Below are positions 1 to 64,000 of a DNA stretch of 64,000 nt, piece after piece; within the stretch, counting starts at the first letter, position 1, and each line of letters begins with the position of its first letter. The notes below the pieces were generated by a model that saw only the letters and a list, made by a program, of their open reading frames with translations, was not told the origin of the DNA and searched no databases. Source of the DNA: Sphyrna mokarran (lineage: Eukaryota). The translations under genes and the position numbers were made by a program. The DNA lies in assembly GCA_024679065.1 (NCBI GenBank), contig JAGIQG010000001.1, positions 37,200,001-37,264,000 of the forward strand, read 5' to 3'.

Positions 1-1365
1 CCACCAATCTTGGTGTCATCTGCAAACTTACTCACTCTTTACTTTCCCATAGACTCCCCCAATTAACTGTTGCAAGTACCAGCCTGATCAAAATTGTCCT
101 TGCTCCAATTTAGAATTTTAACTTTTGTGTCAGACTTATCATTCTCCACAGCTATCTGAAAACTAATGGAATTATGGTCAGTGGTCTCAAAGTGATCCCT
201 CACTGATGCTTCTGTCACCTGCCCTTCCCTATCTCCCAAGAGGATGTCAAGTTTTGCCCCCTCCCAGTCAGGAAATTCCTTCTGAATACACTCAACAAAT
301 TTCTCTCCATCCAAGCCTTAATCCTATGGTTATCCCAGTCAACGTTGGGAAAGTTAAAGTCCCCTTCTATTACCAACCTACTTTTCTTGGAGCTATCTGT
401 AATCTCCTTACATATTAGCTCTTCAATTCCCGCCGACTATTCGGAAGCGTGTAGTACAACCCTATCAAATTGGTTTTCCTCTTGTCTCTCAGTTCAACCC
501 ATATAGACTCAGTAGGCGAATCCTCGGGGATATATCCCGTCTCAGTACTGCTGTGATGTTTTCTTTAATTAAAAGTTGCAGCTCCCCTTCCTTTCTTACC
601 TTCTGTTCTATTTTTCCTATACCCTGGAACATTGAACTGCCAGTCTTGTCCTTCCCTGAGCCATGTTTCAGTAATTGTTATGATATCCCAGTCCCACGTA
701 TCCATCCATGCCCTAAGTTTATCTGCCTAGCCCGTCAGGTCTCTTGCATTGAAATAAATGCAGTTTAATCTGAACTTCCCTTGTTCTCTGTCTTGTTTTT
801 GCCTGATCTGTCTAGTACTAGGATGGCCTTTACAATGTGATGTGCTTTCTTTAATTTTTGTGTTGTCCTTAACCTTTTCTTCTATCTCCCTCCTACTTTA
901 GATACCACCCTTCCTGCCAAACTAGTTGAAACCCTCTTGAGTGGCTCTTGCAAATCTCCCCACCAGGATATCAGTTCCCCTTCAGTTCAGATGTAGCCCA
1001 TCACTTGTGAAAGGTCAAACCTTCTGCAAAAGCGATCCCAATGATCCACAAATCTAAATCTCTGCCCCCTGCACTAGCTCTCAAGCCACACATTCATCTG
1101 CCTAATCTTCATATTCCTATGCTCACTAGCATGTGGTAATGGCTTCGAGGTCCTGCACTTCTGCCTAACTCTCTATATCCACACTTCAGGACCTCATCCC
1201 TTTTCCCTACCTATGTCGTTGGTACCAATATGTACAATGACTTCTGGCTGTTTAAGAATGCTTAACGACTTCTGGATGCTTAATTCTCCACTTAAGAATG
1301 TCCTGCAGCCGCTCAGAGACATCCTTGACCCTGGCACCAGGGATGCAACGTGCCATTCTTCTCCA
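1..1365 (-). mobile_element. Decayed CR1 LINE: ORF1 esterase-like remnant, ORF2 AP-endonuclease remnant, and a short RT piece at 1-34
   Basis: Minus-strand peptides QPEVIVHIGTNDIGR (CR1 ORF1 SGNH-like) and GAKLDILLG...DHFETTDHNSISF (endonuclease C-terminus); 1-34 reads [10 protein letters not shown]; many stops and frameshifts. Confidence 0.85.
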
Positions 1366-1465
1366 AATACTATTAACTTCACAGTGATATTTATATAGTA
1401 GCAACAGATAATATGTCCTTTAACAAATGATATTTATGCCACTGTTTAAAATGATACTTAAATAG

Positions 1466-59994
<58,529 letters not shown>

Positions 59995-60703
59995 TAGCTG
60001 CCTTATGAAAGAAGGTACAAAATTAAGTTCAGCAGTTTAGGAACTTTCAAGCGGATATTGGATAGGCACATGGAGCACACCAGAATGATAGGGAGTGGGA
60101 TAGCTTAATCTTGGTTTTGGACGAAGCTCGGCACAACTTCGAGGGCCAAAGGGCCTGTACTGTGCTGTAATGTTCTATGTTCTATGTTCAATTGAGACAT
60201 GTAGGCTGAAACTCACAATTGTTTATATTGAACGAATGAAAGGTAAAAATACATTATAATAAAATATTACTTGTGGCATCTAAATATTATTGTAACGAGG
60301 GCTTCACTGCATCCAAGCTATTTTTGTCAGCCGGATGGTAATATGACTTTGATATCTTTCCATTCTGAGAGAAATCTGACTCCAGCAGAGATTAAATACA
60401 GCTGATTTTTAACTGAGTTGGTTTATTCCTGCAGGAAGAAAAATATACTGGGCAACTTGATTGATGTTTTTAAGATATTAAGGGGAAGCGTAAGAGTACA
60501 TGGAGAGCAGCTATTTCTTTGTGGTCAGGGAATCTCGACTCAGCGACGTAAAAACTGGAGCCAGACCTTTCAAGAGAAAAGGTGTTTTAACACATGATGG
60601 CTGGGTGCAAGTTTGGATCTCTCCTCCACAGATAGCAGTCGATGCTGGGACGACTGTTAATTTTAAACATAAATAGATTTATGTTAACAAATGTTACTAA
60701 GAG

Positions 60704-61273
60704 ATAGAACATAGAACATTACAGCACAGAACAGGCCCTTCGGCCTTCGATGTTGCACCGACCAATATAAAAAGCAATGCCCCTCCAAACTAAACCATTC
60801 CCTTCTCTTCCATATACTTATCAACTAACCTATTAAACGCCACCAAACTTGGCGCATCTACAACTGCTGCAGGCAGGGCATTCCACTCCCGAACCACCCT
60901 GTGGGTAAAGAACCTGCCTCTGATATCCGTCCTATAACTATCACCCCTTAATTTAAAGCTGTGTCCCCTCGTGCTAGCTTTCTCCATCCTAGGAAAAAGG
61001 CTATCACTGTCCACCCTATCTAAACCTCTAATCATCTTATATGTTTCGATAAGGTCTCCTCTGAGCCGCCTCCTTTCTAACGAAAACAACCTCAAATCCC
61101 TCAGCCTCTCCTCATAAGACATGCCCTCCATACCAGGCAACATCCTGGTAAACCTCCTCTGTACCCTCTCCAATGCCTTCACATCTTTCTTATAATGTGG
61201 GGACCAGAACTGCACACAATACTCCAAGTGCGTCCGCACTAGAGTTTTGTACAGTTGCAACATGACGTTGCGG
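60704..61273 (-). mobile_element. Young CR1 3' fragment (copy 3), inserted into an older plus-strand CR1 remnant (about 60415-60703, 61315-61420)
   Basis: [23 protein letters not shown]...VDKYMEEKGMV; near-identical to copies 1 and 2. Confidence 0.95.
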
Positions 61274-62057
61274 TAATATGCAATTAATATTAATATTGCA
61301 ATTAATATGCAATTAATCAAGATATGCAATTAAGGCAATGGAGTCAATAGTGTTAGCAGCAGTCTTAGATCACAAATGGGCTGAAGGGCTAAATGGCCAA
61401 TTCTTGTACTTATTATGTACTTATACACCTTTGCCAGTCCCTCCATTGTCATAATCACACAGCCATTTTAACCATTTCTGGCCCCATTCATTTCTTGTAC
61501 TCCACAATATCTCACAACTTACCTAATGTGCATTGCTTTTTGCTTTATCTGGATTGCATGGCATCCAGTCATCTCTCCTCTCTGTTCTGTGGCTATCTTC
61601 CTTGAACCCTTCCAACTTATTACACCACTCCACCTCTGAAAGCCTCCTTTCTTTGTGTATGGTCGCATTTCCTAACTTTGCCCCTGAAAGGCCTACCTGT
61701 AGTTTTCAAATCAAGTCCCCTTGGCCTAGAATCTACAACCAGTAGAAACAGTTTCTCACTATCCAGTTCCTTTTAACATCATGCAGGTTTCAATCACCCA
61801 TAAATCACCTATTATGTTTTCCTTCCTGAAGGAGTAAATCAATGTTGGTAAAAATCAGCTGTATTTGATCTCTCTCCTTTCAGTTGCTGTCCTGTTTCAG
61901 GGTTTCATGGCCATTTTCCTACATGAGAATTTCCACACTGAAGTGCAGAGAATGTAAGGAGCATTCAGCAGGCTATGCAGCATTGGTGAAGGTGTCTTTA
62001 CTTTGAATGCCATGCTTTCAATTAAAATGGTTTGCTTAGGTCTGGAATTCTCCATAG

Positions 62058-62335
62058 ACAGTAGCATAATGGTTAGCATTGCAGCCAAATGGCCCCAGGG
62101 ACCTGTGTTCATTTCTTGTCTTGGGTCACTGTCTATGTGGAGTTTCATGTTCTCCCCTTGTCTGTATGGGTTTCCTCCAGTTTGCTTCCACAGTGCAAAA
62201 GACATGCTGGTTAGGTGTATTGGCCATGCTAAATTCTCCATCAGTATACCCTAACAGGCACCGGAGTGTGGCGACTAAGGGATTTTCAAAGTAACTTCAT
62301 TGTAAGTCTACTTGTGACATTAATGAATAAATAAG
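62058..62335 (+). mobile_element. V-SINE type B
   Basis: Head, core and tail caggcaccggagtgtggcgactaagggattttcaaagtaacttcattg. Confidence 0.85.
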
Positions 62336-62724
62336 CATTGTCAACAAGACAAAAGAGAAGATTCTAACTGGGCTTTCCTTGGATTTGCTTGAGTCCTGTC
62401 ACTGTATAAAGAGTTCCACTATACTCCCAGAAAAGTTCTAGCTGTGGAATAAAAGCAGGTCCAAGCAGCCTATGTCATTGAAAAAGCATTTATCTGAGGA
62501 TAATTCTTTACCTGTTGTCTCAGCTCAGTCTCCTACTAAAACTGAACTCAAGAGAAATTTTTTTTTTCCCAATGACTTCTCATAATTCCATTCCCCTCCA
62601 CCCCCCACCCCCCGCAACAATTCCTTTGAGGAATTTTGCTGTGTTATGCAGCCTGCTTCCATTTTTCCAGTGGAGGGTAACAAGGCATGTCTTTGCCCTG
62701 ATTTCCAGTGAGACACTTCATTAT

Positions 62725-63845
62725 AATAACTAAACTGGGTGCACATAGTGCACATGAGATTGCACGTAATGTCTTGAGATGGATAAAAAGCCGGTTAGCA
62801 GATAGGAAGCAAAGAGTTGGTAGGCATAAATGGGTCTTTTTCTGATTGGTAGTCAGTGACCAGTGGGGTTCCACAGGGATCTATACTAGGACCTTAACTG
62901 TTAACATTATATATTAATGATTTGGAAGAGGGAACTGAATGCATCATATTTGCAAATGATACAAAGTAGGGTGGGAGGGTAAGCTGTGAAGAGGATGAGA
63001 GATGCTCCAGTGTGATTTGAACAGGCTGAGTGTGTGAACATCTGCATGGCAGATGCAGTAAAGTACGGATAAATGTGAGGTTATCCACTTTGATAGTAGT
63101 AATAGAAAGACAGATTATTATTTGAATGGTGTAAATTGAGGGAGGTGGATATTCAGTGAAACCTTGGTATCCTTGTACATCAGTCACTGAAAATAAACAT
63201 ACAGGTACAGCAGGCAGTATTGAAGGCAAATAGTATGTTGGCCTTCAAAACAAGATAATTTACATTTGTATAGGACATAGGTGAGGCCACATCTGGAGTA
63301 TTGTATAAAGTTTTGGTGTCCTTATTTAAGCAAAGGTGTCCTTGCTCTCGAAGGAGTACAACAAAGGTTTACCAGACTGATCCCTGAGATGGCAGGTCTA
63401 TCACATGAGGAGAGGCTAAGTTGGTTAGAGTTATATTCACTGGAGTTTAGAAATGTGAGAGGGGATCTCAAAGAAACTTATAAAATCCTAACAGGATTAA
63501 ACAGGGAGATTCAGAATGTTCCCAGTGGTTGGATGTGCAGAACTTGGGGGTCATAATTTGAGGATAAAGGTTAAACCTTTTAGAATTGGGGTGAAGAGAA
63601 ATTTCTTCACCCAAAAGGTTATGAATGTGTGGAATTCACGACCACAGAATGTAGTTGAGGCCAAAACTTTGTCTGATTTCAAGAAGAAATTAGTTATAGT
63701 TCTTGGGGATGAAGTGATCAAGGGATATGAGGAGAAAGGGGGAATCAGGCTGTTGAATTCGATGATCAGCCATGATCAAAATGAGTGGTGGAACAGGCTT
63801 GAAGGGCCGAATGGTTTACTGCTTCTAGTTTTGTATGTTTCTACG
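62725..63845 (+). mobile_element. CR1 RT and 3' fragment, decayed
   Basis: SGVPQGSILGP...FANDTK...RPHLEYCIKFWCPYL...RNFFTQKVMNVWNS; CR1 3' UTR. Confidence 0.9.
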
Positions 63846-64000
63846 TGCAGTTAGGAGCTTGCTTTAATTTTACAATTGTCCGTTAGGCTTCTGCGGGTTT
63901 AGGAAACCCAGGAGTGAAATGGAGACGGGAGCAGCAGAAGGCAAATACATTCCTGGTCACTGATTGTGAGCCAGGAGGAGCAGGACTGTCATCCTCACTA

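Overview
Eukaryotic, repeat-rich vertebrate DNA, most likely a shark or other elasmobranch (inferred from HE1-type V-SINEs, CR1 LINEs and Penelope-type hairpin elements). The window lies inside one + strand gene, natriuretic peptide receptor 2 (npr2 / NPR-B / GC-B). I traced 13 consecutive GT-AG coding exons (1466-59989, 1550 bp in total, equivalent to human NPR2 exons 8-20). They splice into one open frame covering the juxtamembrane phosphorylation cluster, pseudokinase domain, coiled-coil hinge and most of the guanylyl cyclase domain. The extracellular/transmembrane exons and the last exons lie outside the window. Introns are filled with CR1, Rex1, RTE and CR1/Zenon-like LINE fragments, several SINE families, Penelope-type foldback elements and GC-rich MITE-like relics. 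I found no evidence for a new protein-coding system; nearly all ORFs in the supplied track are spurious or LINE fragments. The most interesting signals are TSD-flanked near-perfect hairpin elements, some with decayed hammerhead-like cores; one SINE body with two tails matching two different LINEs; CR1 copies sharing a 5' end; and a few unusual NPR2 substitutions. Exon coordinates are exact; repeat boundaries are approximate and family names come from recognition, not a database search.
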